From: the human T2T-CHM13v2.0 reference genome, Homo sapiens
Direction: 5' to 3' (one strand)
Length of the DNA stretch: 64,000 nt
Assembly: GCF_009914755.1 (NCBI RefSeq)
Contig: NC_060925.1
Below the pieces are notes generated by a model. It was not told the origin of the DNA, did not search any database, and worked only from the letters and a program-made list of their open reading frames with translations. Shown here piece after piece: positions 23,331 through 36,440 of the stretch. The translations under genes and the position numbers were made by a program. The first letter of the stretch is position 1, and every line of letters begins with the position of its first letter.

Positions 23331-26300
23331 GGGAGGAAAAGGAGTTTGTAGGAGGGTAGGTTAGGGATACACACACAACATGCAAGCATGTGGACCTACG
23401 TGTGTGTTAAACACTCATGTGCATGCACACATACATGTCACACACATCAACATGCTCACATTTGTGTATGCATATGCACACATACATATATATGTGTATA
23501 TGCAGTATGTGCATACACACACACCCATGGGTGCTTGGGGCAGAATCTCTCACAAAACACGGTAAGAAAGACTTGCAGGGCAAGTGAGAGAAGGAGCTTG
23601 GCTGCTCTGCCCCTGGGGGCTGAGCAGACAAAAGGGAGTGTGAAGCTTCACCCACATGGTGGCTTCCAGCAAGCTCATCTTCAGCAACCTGACCAGCTCC
23701 CCTCCAGTGCCCTGCCTTTCTCTCTCCTGTGGCCTCCTCCAGTTCTAGGATAGATGATCAGCAGATCATCTTCATGCCCTTTTCTCACTTGGAATGCACA
23801 AATCTCCATGTGCCTGTAGCCGGGACATTTCAGTATGGAAGTGACAGACTGGCAAGCTGGGCACCCCTCCCCATCCCCTATAGAGAAGGCTGCAGCTTTA
23901 TTCATGGCTAGGATAGGGGAGGAGAGGGTTGTGATTTGGAGTGGGCATTCTGCTGCCTCAGTCTTCCCAGGTCAGCCTACACCTGGTGGCTTCACCATGA
24001 AGTGCCCAGGCCCTTGAGACATAGGAAAATCAGCCTTCTGGCTACCTGGTCCTCTTCTCAGAAAGCCCGTTCGTGTTTTCTCCATGATCCCTGACTCAGG
24101 TATAAATGGAGTAAATGTCCTTTAGCCTAGTCCCTGGGAGAACTGACCTGAGAGTCAACAAGACAAAGGGTGGTTAGATACAAGAAGGGGTTGGGCTGCT
24201 TCCCTTGCTTTCTGGGTGGGCTGGAGCCCTGCAGAAGGGTCAGATATCTTAGGTACCCTATTGTTGACTCTCCCCTCTGCCCTCAAGGCAATGAGTTCTC
24301 AGAAATTCACCACCTTGAGTCTTCCCAGACATTGCCAAATCTGGCTAGGGGTGCTTCTCCCACAATGTGTCAGTTGCACTCTTTTTCACAAGGAAGAGAA
24401 AATGTCTCAAGTTACTAGAGTAGGATTTTCATGGTAAGAATATCTATAATGCTTTCTGCTTGTTCAGTCTGCATCTCGAGCCTAGAATTTAACATGGACA
24501 AAGAGGCTTAAAACTCTCAGGGAGTAGATCTATTTGTCTGTCTGCCTCTACAGCTCTAACCTGCCATCCTCACAATAATTTTATGTCCGAGGAAGAAGAG
24601 GTGTAAGCTTCCATTTTGCAGATGAAGAAACTGAGGCCCTGGGAAGGCCATTGGTTTCGTAAGTGGCAGAGTGACAGCGCTGGCTTGTGTTTGGGCTGGA
24701 ATCTGACAGACCTGGTTTCAATCCTGGCTTTGCCCTTTTGTTGTACAATGTCAAGAAGTTACCTGATCTCCATTTCCTGTTCTATGGAATGGGATAATAA
24801 TACCCACTTGAGTGTTTGTGGTGAGGATTTGAGGGGATAAGGCAGCTTACGTACACGGGACAGCATCAGGGGTACAATGATACCCAGCAAATCTTAGCTG
24901 TTTGCTGGGACTTGATCCCGGGTCTCCTAACTTTGGGTCAGTGATCTTCCTCTGTAACTCTCTAGCACCTTGTGGTGTAGCAGCCCCCAAACAACTCCCT
25001 GAGGGTCTTTAGTTGGGTTTGGAGGTGCTTTTCCTGCCACCCTCACCCAGGCATTGGGTCGGAACCCAGCCCAATGTGCCTGCCTCTGTGGGCATGTGCA
25101 GTCGTGTATGCATGTGTGTGTGCCCCACCCAGCAGGCCAGGCTACTGTCCTTCTGCATTCTGCGTGTTCATTTCACTAATGGGAAATCACATAGTGGCCC
25201 AGAAAGGGAGCGGCAAGGCCATGCTGAGTATCCAAGCCAGACCCTGCGGGGCCTTGTCATTAGAGTTAATGCCAGACTCATGAATACCAGATGAATGCGC
25301 TGCACAGACCAGTCACTTAGGCTAAAGTGGGCCTGCTTTTCACTGGGAGACCAATTCTCCACCCTGGGGAGGCTGGGAAAAGGCCCCTTCCCTTTTAACC
25401 CATCTACCTCCACCACCTCCCCACCCGGGGCTCTCTCTGGGGCTGCTAATCGTCATCTGGGCCTTCTGGGAGATGGTTTAAAAGGAGGATTTGCAGGCAC
25501 TTCACCGGGCTGTTTTTCTGGTGCTGCCTGCCTGCTCTCACTCCCTTCCTCCTCCCTACCAGCTTCTGCCTAGTTACAGGGAGTGGCTGGGGGCTGCCTA
25601 CAAACCTTGTTCTGGCTTTGTAGCAGCTTGGCTGTTCCAGTCCCACCTCTGCTTCCCTGTGCAGGAGCCACATCTTTGGGAGATAATGAATCATGGGCTC
25701 CCAGTCAGGTTGGGTGGCTTGGGCAAGTAGAGGAACCTAAGTCTGGGGCAGGGAGGAGACGAAGGGTTAAGGAGAGCCTGCAGCTGGGTTTTGAAAGCCT
25801 CCATGATACCCAAAACAGAGATCCCAGCCTGATTCTGGAAATAAAGAACATTTTCAGGGGATAGGGATTGGGAAGAAAAGGTGCATGACCTACAAACCTG
25901 CCCAGAGGACATCAACCAGCAGGTCCCGAGCCCTTGACACCCAGAGACCTTCTCTCTGAACACCAGGAAGAGCCTCCACACAAGGTCTTGCTGTCTCAAC
26001 ATCTCTGCCTCACCCCTTGGACTTAATTTTTAAAGCCCTAGTCATTAAAATGTAAATAACCCCAAGAATGGAATCCAGTTAAGTCTCAGGGACTCCTGAA
26101 TGAGTCAGATCATTTCCTGAATGCAGGATGGTTTGGGGTGAGGAAGACAAGAGCACAAGATTGCTATTCAGTGGGAAGAAGTGTTGGGGCAGGGTTGCAA
26201 AGACTCAGAAAAGGATAGGGCATATCCAGGTCTCCATGGCTCCATCCTGTTGCTAGTGGCAATGCTACGAGCTGGAAGGAGGCCTGGATTTTGATTCGAA

Positions 26301-27289
26301 TATGTGATGCCTCCCAGACACCCTCAGAACACTGACCTCTGGATATATAGGGCTCCATCCCCTTCCACCTTCCATTGAACTCACACCTATAAGGGGCTGG
26401 CTCTGTAGAAAGTTTTTTACTCTCCTCTTAACCTATCCATCCATCCATTCTTTTGTCCATTCATCCATTCAATAAGCATATATCAAATACCTACTATGAG
26501 GGGAGGCACTTGGAAAGGAGCTGGAAATGCAAGGGTGAATTAAGCCAGTTCTATGGCCCCTGGCCTCATGGAGCATGCAGTCTGGTGAGGAAGTTAGACT
26601 TGAATCAAAGAGTCATATAACTAAATGGGTAAGAACAAACAGTGAGAAGTGTACTCTAAAGAAAGGTCACCCAGTTCTCTGGGAGTGATATCAGGGGACT
26701 TGAACTGAAGACAACACTTGGGTGGCCCGGCAGGGCCAATGAGCAGCGATGGAAGGGATGATCCCCCGTGGCCAGGAGGTTCCAGGAAGTCCCTACAGAC
26801 AATGAGCCCTACATTTCCAAGGGAAAGGAGGAGGCAGAGGAGGACACTCTGCCTTTGCCTGTGCTGTTTCTTCCCAGTGGTCCACCCTCTCCATCAAGCC
26901 ACACCTGGCAAGACCCAGTGTCAGCTACAGGAAATTTCCTCAGCAGTTCATTAGATAAGTTGAGTCAACTAGAGTCTAGACCACTGGAGATCGTCGAGTT
27001 CAATCTCCAGTTGTATGTTCAGGGGAAGTGCTACTCAGAGAGGGAAGGAGGCTTAGCCAAGGTCATACAGCATGTCCATGACAGACCTTGCATCATGCGA
27101 TTGTGTTTTGCCTCCCCATCCCCCACCACTCTGCCACAGTCTGTTATAAGCACGATTATCTGGGTCATTGGCTCACCCTTAGCCACAGCCCAGTCCTGGG
27201 AAGATGGGAGGTGCCCAGGACACAACGGGTAACATTCATTAGTGACAAATATTAACAATCATAATCATAACATACATAATCATAACAAA

Positions 27290-27720
27290 CAGCTACTATT
27301 GATTGAGCACCTACAGGTCTGAATAAATGTATCCAGGTCTGAGCTAAATGTGTCACACAAATCCTTTTAAATAACACTTCCTACAAAGCATCTGTGTGGT
27401 GGGTCCTAGTATGTCCAATTTTATAGATGCAGCATAGAGAGATCACCTCTATGACTTTAGCTATTTCCAATTAATTATTATTTGTATTAATAATGATACC
27501 AGTTAATGTTTATTAATCACTTACTACATGCTGCACACATGGATTAGTGTTTCTCATGGATTATCTTGTGAGGCTGTTAAGTAGATACTATTACCATTCC
27601 CAGCACAGGGAGGAAACTGAGCTCTGAGAGCTAAGGTTACTTACCCAGAATCACATGGCATGCAAATGGCAGAGCCTAGATGGGGATTAAGATTTATCTG
27701 ATTCCCAAACCGTGGCCTTG
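27290..27720 (-). mobile_element. MIR fragments (two)
   Basis: TATTGATTGAGCACCTAC; GAGGAAACTGAG...TTACTTACCCAGAATCACATGG...GGCAGAGC. Confidence 0.65.
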
Positions 27721-29038
27721 ACATTCTTATCCTAGTTTTCATAGGCCCCTACTAAAATTAGTGCATATTTTTGGGTGTCTGAGTACTTTTTTAGATAGGA
27801 TGCAGAGCCTTCACCAGTTTTTCAAAGATGCCCACAATCCAAAAGAGGTTGAGGTCTCTGGGGCTCAGCCATGCCATACAGAGCTGGCCCTGTAGGGTTC
27901 TGGGCAAAGTGGGTGAGATGCTAAGTATCTTGGAGGAAGGTTCCCCACAAGGGAATTGCCAGGCCCAAGCTCAGGCCTGTCTCTGGGGCATTTAACACCC
28001 AGGAGTGCCCGGAAGCTTTTTATCCACTCAGTTCAGATGTTGGTGTCATGAAGACAGTTGTCCCTCTGCATTCTTGAGGGCAGCAATGAGCACTTGATTT
28101 TCTGAACTCTAGCAAGTCCTAACCTAGACTCTTGGCCCCTTGAAACTGCCCAAGCCAGGGAGATGGATGCTTTCATCAATAGGAATCTATGCCCTGGCTA
28201 ATGGGTCTGAAAACTCAAGAAGCCAGGCTTCTGTGTCAGAGTATTCATAACTTCTCCATCCCAATGACTAAATTGATCAGCAAATTCTGTTTCCTTCTGA
28301 GTGATCATTGGTGAGCAGGTAGGAACCAGCCCCTCCACAACACCGCCCCCTCAGTAATAGCTCATGATTACCCTGATCGGGCAGCCGGCAGCTGGAGCAA
28401 GACCGTACAAGATAACTGATTGTTCATAATTGTCAACCAAATTGCATCCATGGTATCGAGCTTTAAAAATGGACCAAAAGAAGCATCTCTTATTGATCCC
28501 TTCAGGTTACAAACAAGATGCGACTGCTCCTCAGAACCGGAGACTGGGTTGGCATTGATTTTTATTCTTTTTCTCCTTTGAATAACCTGCAGTGGAATTT
28601 GAGAGCTGCTTTTTAACCTGAAATTTCTCAAGGTCTTGCTTTTCTGGAGGTTGCGGGAGAAGGGCTGTCAAAGATGGCTATTGTCCTGAGATACGGCTAC
28701 ACAAGCTGAGTAATTGGCTTCCTCATTGGAAGGGGGCAAGGGTGGCCCACCTCCTCTGACCCTCACCGTGACCCCTCTGCCCTCCTACGTCTCTGGTATA
28801 AGGCCTCTCTGCTGTGCATAAAATCCTCCACAAACCCCAAATTCAAGGGACTGGAAGGCCAGTAAACAGCCAGTCACATGATTGGCACTCAATAAATATC
28901 TGTCAACTGAATGCCCAATCAAAGCTAAAGATCAGTCAACTCTCCAGACATTGCCACATTTTCGATGTTTGATGATACGAACACTCAGCCTTTGCCACAT
29001 CTGAAAAAATGGTAATAATGACACCTAATAACAATTAC

Positions 29039-29327
29039 TTTTTTTTTTGAGACGAGGTCTTGCTCTATCGCCCAGGCTGAAGTGCAATGACAAGATGGTA
29101 AGTCACTGCTGCCTGGAACTACTGGGCCCAAGGGATCCTCCTGCCTCAGCCTCCTGAGTAGCTGGGACCACAGGTGCACACTGCCATGCCTGGCTAATTT
29201 TTTTTCTACTTTTTGTAGAGAAAAGGTCTTGCTTTGTTGCCCAGGCTGGTCTCAAACTCCCGACCTCAATCAGTCCTCCTGCCTCAGTCTCCCAAAGTGC
29301 TAGTATTACAGGCAACCATGCCCAGCC
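29039..29327 (-). mobile_element. AluJ
   Basis: Diverged dimeric Alu with J-type features (GGTCTTGCTTTGTTGCCCAGG, GGATCCTCCTGCC). Confidence 0.9.
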
Positions 29328-30774
29328 TTCACATTTTAATAACATGATTTTATCTTATTCTCACAGGAGCCCTATAAAGTAGGTATTATTTTTTCTCCCA
29401 TTGTATGGATGAGGAAACAGAGGCAGAGAGAGGTGAAGTAATGTGTTCAAGGTCCCTGTGTGAAGCCAGGATCCACATTTGCAGGTATCAGATGTTGAAA
29501 AGTAGACTGCTACATGGTACTGCCTCCTGCACAGCAGGAGGAAGTCTCCAGTGCAGGAAGGATTGAGATCCAGCCAACAAACACTTGCTGGGTAGCCTAC
29601 TGTGCTCTGAGCACCCTGCTGGCTGCTCTCTTCCCTGGTAGCCCATGTGGTCCTCACGTTTGCTTGGCAAAGCAGGTGTCATTACTGCTGCTTTACTGAT
29701 GGGGAAATACAAGCTCAGAAAGGAGAAATAATTCATCCACGGTCACACGGTCAGTAAGCAGAAAAGCTGTGATATGAACCCAGATCAGTATATCCCCCAA
29801 AGACCTGTGCAAAAAAGCACAACAATGACATAAAAAAAGCCATCTCATACGTTACCCTTACCATTTGCAGCCCATGTTCTGTTCCATGTTCTATAATAAT
29901 CACCAGAAAGGGATTATTACTCCCATTTTACAGGCAAGGAAACAGACACACCCCAGAACATTAACACTGCTTTTCTTAGTTTTTGGTTAAGCCATACCTC
30001 AGGCCCATTTGATTCCAGGAAACTTTCTGCCAACAAGCAGGCTCGCTCCCTGGATGGGAAATGAGAACTGGCAGGCATCAATGGTAGTCTGGGCTCTGGA
30101 ACAGGCAGCAAAATGCCCTGTTGACAGATCGCCACTCACCATCAGATGGACGGTGTCTTCCAAGACCCCAGGGAAGGACCTGGAGTTTATTTCAGAAGTC
30201 TGGGCTCAGCCTCAAGCTAATGAGGGCGGAGGCAGCCTGGCAGGGCAGCAGTGAGGAGTGGGGCAGAGCCCTCTTGGCAGGCCCTTGCTTAATGAAATCG
30301 CCGGCTGGGAGGTGAGGAGGCAGCTTGCCCTCCAGCTCCATCTCCACAGCTACCGAGCCCTTCTGCCCTCCCCCTGCTGGGTGGGCCCAGACAGCAGCTG
30401 TCTCTTTAACAAACATCTCAGCCATTATACCCAAAAGCCTGGAAGCTACCAGAGAAGGCCTGGAGTTCGTGGACAGTGCTCAGGAGCACGGCAGCAGGGC
30501 AACTCCTAGGCTGCCCGCAGAAGCGAGCTATCCCCCCAGGTGACACGAAGGGCTCCAGTGACATTCCTCCTGCCAGGTGTTCCTGCCAGGAAAGAAAATA
30601 GAACATTTCCTGAGATCTGAATTAAAATCTCTTCTGTTTTTCTTTAGTTTTCTTTTCAAATATAACATTTATTAATGGTTTTTTTGTTTATGTAGGCTTG
30701 GTTTTTGACACCTGCTTTATTTTAAAACCACTTTCTTGATCTTCACAGATATGAGGATGCTTGTTTTGCCCTGG

Positions 30775-31048
<274 letters not shown>

Positions 31049-31139
31049 TTGCCTTGTTTTTTGAAGGTCAACCTGGAAATGATTTAAATGTACCAATGAT
31101 AGGAGATGAGTTAATAAGGATACAGAACACCTAAAGGAC

Positions 31140-31300
31140 CCGTTCTTCAACTTTAACTTGTATTAGAATCACCCAGAGGGCTCGTTAGAATACAGATTCC
31201 TGGGCTCCATCCACAGAGTTTCTAATGCAGTAGGTCTGGGGTGGGGCTTGCAAATTTGCATTTCCAACGAGTTCCCACGTGAGCTAATGTTTGCAGATCA
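31140..31300. mobile_element. MER5A-like DNA transposon within an old L1M fragment
   Basis: TTAGAATCACCCAGAGGGC...CAGATTCCTGGGC...GTAGGTCTGGGGTGGGGC...TTTGCATTTCCAACGAGTTCCCA. Confidence 0.75.
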
Positions 31301-32299
31301 CCAGTCTGATCTGCAGAATACTATGCAGACATTAAAAATAGTGTTGTAGAAGAATAGATGTTGATTTGAGAAAATGTTACATGATCTGTTGCAAAGTGAA
31401 AAGGACAGGCTGCAAAACAGTCTGGGTAATGCCGTCAGTATGAGTGCAAATATAAATATAAATGCATACGTATGCACAGAAAGGAGAACGATGAGGATAT
31501 GACCCACAGAGGAAGCAGAATGTAGTGATCTGTGCGGGCTCAGGGTCAGGCACATTTGGATTTGGACTCCAGCCCAGCTACTTCTCACCTCGTTCAAATG
31601 ACATTGAACAAACTGTATGACAAGCAGAGGAAACAGTGTGTACAAAGGCCTTGTGGCCAGGAGTAGACTGGATTAGAGGAATGGGGAGCAGCAGTGTGAC
31701 TGGAGCAGAAACAGCTAGGAAAAGCATAGTAGAAGACGAGTCTAGAGAAAGGCCCAGTGAATCTCAAAGCATCACTTTCCTAATCTGTACAATGGGAATA
31801 ATAACAGTACCACCCTATGGGGTTGCTATGGGAACAAAATAAGACCACATATGAAAAGCTCCAGTCCAATGGCTGGTATATATTATAATATAAGCTCAAA
31901 ACCTTACAGACTCTACATCAATACTCTTAACAGTGAGAATGGGTGGAGAGTGGGTTTAGGTCCATTTTAGAATTTGTCTTTTTCTATGTTTGACAAGTTC
32001 CCAGGTTGAGTATTATGTTACTTTATAATTAAGAAAAAAAAAACCCAATAACTATTACATGTATACTAATTACCTCTGAAACTCCCCAACTTCTTGTGTT
32101 CAGATTTCTTCAGACATAAGCAGCATTTAAAAAACAACCCCTAAACTTCGAAATGGAAAAAAAAAAAAGTTTTAAAGGCAAATTCAAAGTTTGGGATCTT
32201 TAAGAAGCCTCACGCACTCCAAACCCTGTCCATCACAGTCCCACTGTCTGTGGTCCTGTGATACAGATCTTGGCAGCTGCTCTGGTCACAGTGCCCTCC

Positions 32300-32702
32300 A
32301 TCCCTCAAATGCAGACCACGCTGGCCACAGGGCCTTTGCACATACTGTTTCCTGTGCCTGTCATACCCAATTTCCCTTTTGTGCAATTAACTGAGATTCA
32401 GATCTCAGCTCAAATATCATTTCCTCAGGGAAACGTTTTCTGGTTTCTCAGATTCAAGGGAATGCTTCTGTTGGTGATGTTGTAGCCTCATGTCCTATTC
32501 TTCAGAGAACTTGTCAGTTTTCATTTTAAATCGATCCAGATGTTTATTTGTTTAATATCTTCCTAATAGGCCTGCAAGCCCCTGAGGGGAGAAACCTGGT
32601 CTGTTTCACTCACTATGCATCTCTGCTCCTAGTTCAGTGCCCACAAATAGAAGGTACTCAGTAATGCTTTCACGTATGAATGGATGAACAAGTAAATGAA
32701 TG
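32300..32702 (+). mobile_element. L2 3' fragment
   Basis: CAGGGCCTTTGCACATACTGTTTCC...CAGATCTCAGCTCAAAT...GGTACTCAGTAA...ATGAATGGATGAA. Confidence 0.65.
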
Positions 32703-33472
32703 CACTTCCTTTCATCTCTCCCTTCCTCTGAGTTCTTCAGGCCTGCCTCCCACTCCCCACTGTCCCAGGGGTCTTCTTCTTGCTCTGAGTTCTTTGTTCT
32801 CCCCATCTCACCAATTCTTCATTGTGGTCTCTTTGGGGTCTTCCTCTTTCTGTATCTCTAAGGTCCCTGTCTTGCTGGACTGAGGGTCCGTCCTGTTTCA
32901 TGGCCCCAGGACAGGGTGACATTCCCAGTCTGGGCTGGGAGCAGGCAGAGGACAATGACACTATCCCAAAAAAGGCCTGAGCCTACTGTGTTCAGGTTTC
33001 CTCCCTGAAGGCAGAGATGATCATTGCTCAGAGCCCCAAGGTGTCCCCAGGGCTCACACAGACCCTAAATGGCAATCCTTGTGAGTTTGAGGTTTGATGG
33101 GGTGGTGGATTTACAGGGGAGCTCTGAGCGGGAGAGATAGATGAACACTCCGAATGTAGGCCCTGGCCAGAGACCATTGTGGGAAATGGGAAAATCTCAT
33201 TGGCTGCCAAACTCCCCCTCCCCACGTATGGTCTTCTGACACTTCCCCAAATGATTTCGTTGACCATGTGGCAAACGTCTTTGTGTTTGAAGAAACTACA
33301 GTGAGTTGTGGGAAATAGAACAGTCACTTGGCAGTGCATCAGGGAAAGCTTGCTCCTTTCTTTAGTTTCGTGTTGTGTGTATTTTTTTTTTTTTTCTCAT
33401 GAAAGCTGCATGTGATTTTTCTAGACGAAAACAGGTCCGTATGGGCTGGAGTGAGAAGTTGTCAGCAAAGTC

Positions 33473-33699
33473 TTTTTTTTTTACTTTAAGTTCTAGGATA
33501 CATGCAGGTTTGTTGCATAGGTATACATGTGCCATGGTGGTTTGCTGCACCTATCAACCCGTCATCTAGGTTTTAAGCCCCGCATGCATTAGGTACGTGT
33601 CCTAAAGCTCCCTCTCCACTTTCCCTCAACCCCCGTGACAGGCCCCCGTGTGTGATGTTCCCCTCCCTGTGTCCATGTGTTCTCGTTGTTCAACTCCCA
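33473..33699 (-). mobile_element. L1PA (approx. L1PA8-type) 3' UTR fragment with TSD
   Basis: TTTTACTTTAAGTTCTAGG...GTATACATGTGCCATGGTGGTTTGCTGCACC...TGTTCAACTCCCA, flanked by 24-bp imperfect direct repeats. Confidence 0.9.
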
Positions 33700-33870
33700 T
33701 GAGAAGTTGTCAGTAGAATCTTTACTGAGAAATTTGACACCTACTCTTGGTAGGGAAAGCCCAGGGACCCTAGAGGACAGGAAAGCGAGAGTCTTGGGGA
33801 CAAGTCTGGACAGTGCTTCTGCAACTACATCATTGTATGGGATGACACCCTACTGTGGTCCTTCTAAGGT

Positions 33871-34205
33871 AGGGCTGCCCAGTAAAAATACAATGATGCA
33901 AGCATCAAATGCCAACCTCATGGTAATTTTAAATGTTCTACATTTCTGACGTTTTTAGGAGTAAAAGAAATGAAACAGGTAAAATTGATTTTATCCCTAT
34001 ATTTTATTTAACCCAACATATTTGAAATATTATTATTCCAACATGTAATCAATGTATTTGATGGGTGAGTGAGCTATGTTACATTCTGTTTTTCATACAA
34101 AGTTGTTGGCATCTGGTGTGTGTTTTGTAATTGTCGTGCATCTCAACGTGGAGCGGCCACATTTCAAGCACTCGGCAGGTGATGACCATAGCAGACAGCA
34201 AAGTC
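33871..34205. mobile_element. MER33/MER3-like hAT-Charlie element
   Basis: GAAACAGGTAAAATTGATTTT...ATTTAACCCAAC...ACATGTAATCAAT...GCCACATTTCAAGCACTC motifs. Confidence 0.7.
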
Positions 34206-34309
34206 TCAGACTTCAAGGGTCAAGGAGCTTCTTTCACCATGGGCTTCACCTCTGAAATTGGACAGCACTACCTCACTGGCTCCTCTTCCTCTGGTAGTTT
34301 TATTAGATC

Positions 34310-35355
34310 CTATAACTCCAACTGACTTCCAAATGCCAGAGTGCCCAGGTGATTGCTTTCTGTCCCTTGAAATCATACTTATGTGCCAAGGATGATTTAC
34401 CCCTCCAGCCCTCATCTCTCCACTGAACTTGGCCTAGTACAGCCCATTGCCTGCTCACAGCACCCCTCGATGCAGGCCTCTCAAGGCAAGCCTGTCTAAG
34501 GCAGAACTCTTGCTTTTCTCCACTTGCCCAGATCCATCCTGACTCCAGCTTTCCCCAGCTCAGTATATGACACCATCCTCACCCAAGGTCACATAAAGGT
34601 CATCCTTCCTTGAGTCATCTCTTTATCTCATCTCCACCTCCAAACTTCCATGAACATACAGCCTCTGCCACTAAAGTATATCTCGAGACAGTTTATTTTG
34701 TTTGTTTCCACCCTGATCATGCTGGGGCCTAGCCACCATCTCCCTCCTGCACTGCTGCATTGGTCTCCTAGCTGGCCTCCTGCAATAATTCCCCATACAA
34801 AATCATGATCATTTAAACCTATCAACCCGAATACATTCACATTTCTCCTCTACTTAAAACCCTCCATGTACTTAGAATAAATTGGAAACTCCTTACCATA
34901 GCATAGATGACAAAGCCATATGTTACTTCATCTTTGTCCGTACCCTCATCTTCCACTCTGCCTCTCATTTCCCTCCTGCCACCCTGGGCTCTCTCTGCTC
35001 CTGGAACACGCCGTGTTTGTTGTAGCCTCCAGGCCTTTGCCCTTGCTGTTTCCTCTGTCTACCATGTCACTTCCTGCAATGGTGGGCAGGGGTCTTCTCT
35101 AGCTATCCTTTCTAAACTGTCCCTCCCCACTTCCCCAGTCATGATCACATCGCCCTATTTTATATCCTTTAAATCATTTATGACTCTCTGGAATTTTTTT
35201 CACCTATTTACTGGTTGGCTTGTATTTCTTTGTTTCTCTCCATGCAGTTATAAGCTACATGAGAGCAGGGGCTTTCTCTGCCTTTCCAGTGGCTGCCACA
35301 GGGTAGGTACTCACTAAGTAATTGCTGAATGAATAAATGAATGAATGAATGAATC
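34310..35355 (+). mobile_element. L2 LINE 3' region
   Basis: Diverged L2 body ending in GAGAGCAGGGGC...TGAATGAATAAATGAATGAATGAATGAAT tail. Confidence 0.75.
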
Positions 35356-35469
35356 TGAGTTCGAATCCCATCTCCACCAATTAATTACTGTGTAGCCATG
35401 AACAAGTAACTTAACCTCAAGGAGCCTCCGTTTCCTCCTCTATAAGATGGAGAAGTAACAGTAATAATA

Positions 35470-35868
35470 GCTTTATTCATCAGCTATTGCTACAGTGAGA
35501 ACAATGCCAATATCTTGTCGCTTATGACAACAAACATTTCTTTCTTGCTCTCATTATATAAGGGCTGCAGCTTGCCTGCACTTGGCTGGATTTCACATGT
35601 CTTTTTGCTCCGGGTCCTAGGCTGAAGAAATAATGATTATCTAAGATACACCATTCTCCATTCTCTTGGTGGAGGCTGGAGGAAGCACGCAAGCAGAAGA
35701 TGCTCTTAAAAGCCTCTTCCAGGAACTAGGACACTCTCCCAGCCACCTATAGTCCATTGATCAAAGCAAGTTACATGGACAAGCTGAAAGTTGATGGGGA
35801 GAGGCTGTAAAATCCTCTTGCAAGGTGAGGGGGTGAAGAGTTGGGGACAATAATCCAATCTACTGTAA
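35470..35868 (-). mobile_element. MLT1 (J/K-like) MaLR LTR
   Basis: CAGCTATTGCT...ACAACAAACATTT...CCATTGATCAAAGCAAGTTACATGG...ACAATAATCCAATCTAC; inserted within MIR sequence. Confidence 0.65.
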
Positions 35869-36349
35869 TAGCTAACACTTGTGTATTGCTCACTATGTGT
35901 CAGGCACTATTCCAAGCATTGAGGTGGATGCAGTCATCGCTATTACCCAGATGAGGAAACAGAGGCACACAGGTTAAATTACATGGCCAAGGCCACAGCC
36001 AGGAGGTGGGTCATCATCATTGTCCTGGCCCTGCATCATTGCCTGATCTCTGGTTCACAGTGATTTATAGGTCACCATGGTTAATATGCCTGAACCCCAG
36101 GAAATACTTTCTCTGGGGTGCCTGTGGCAGGTATTCAAGTAGTGATTCTTTTTAGAAAGCATCCTCCTTTATATAAAGAAGGATTTTTTTCTAGATCCAC
36201 CCACCCTGGCCTGGTTCATGTGATGTCAAACACTCACCAGGAGCTAGGACAGGCATGGGAAGGACAGATGTCTGATGGCCCTCTGGGTATATCTGCATTC
36301 CTGCAGAGATCCTCACATCCACATGCTCCCTAGATGTTCTGTAGGAGCG

Positions 36350-36440
36350 CAAAGGTGGCCTTTGCCCAAAGGTGGCCTTCGCCAAAAGGTGGCCTTCGCC
36401 CAAAGGTGTCCTTCGCCCAAAGTGGCCTTTGCCCAAAGGT
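36350..36440 (+). repeat. 17-bp minisatellite, ~5.4 copies (CAAAGGTGGCCTTYGCC)
   Basis: Units start at 36350, 36367, 36384, 36401, 36418 (16 bp) and 36434 (partial). Confidence 0.92.

Noticed and set aside
30630-30770. Possible retrocopied 3' UTR fragment (T-rich run and TTTATT motifs)
   Set aside because: No convincing TSD or recognisable parent gene; cannot be supported without a search.
36350-36440. Palindromic direct repeats resembling a CRISPR array
   Set aside because: No unique spacers, 17-bp head-to-tail units, mammalian context and no cas genes; it is a minisatellite.
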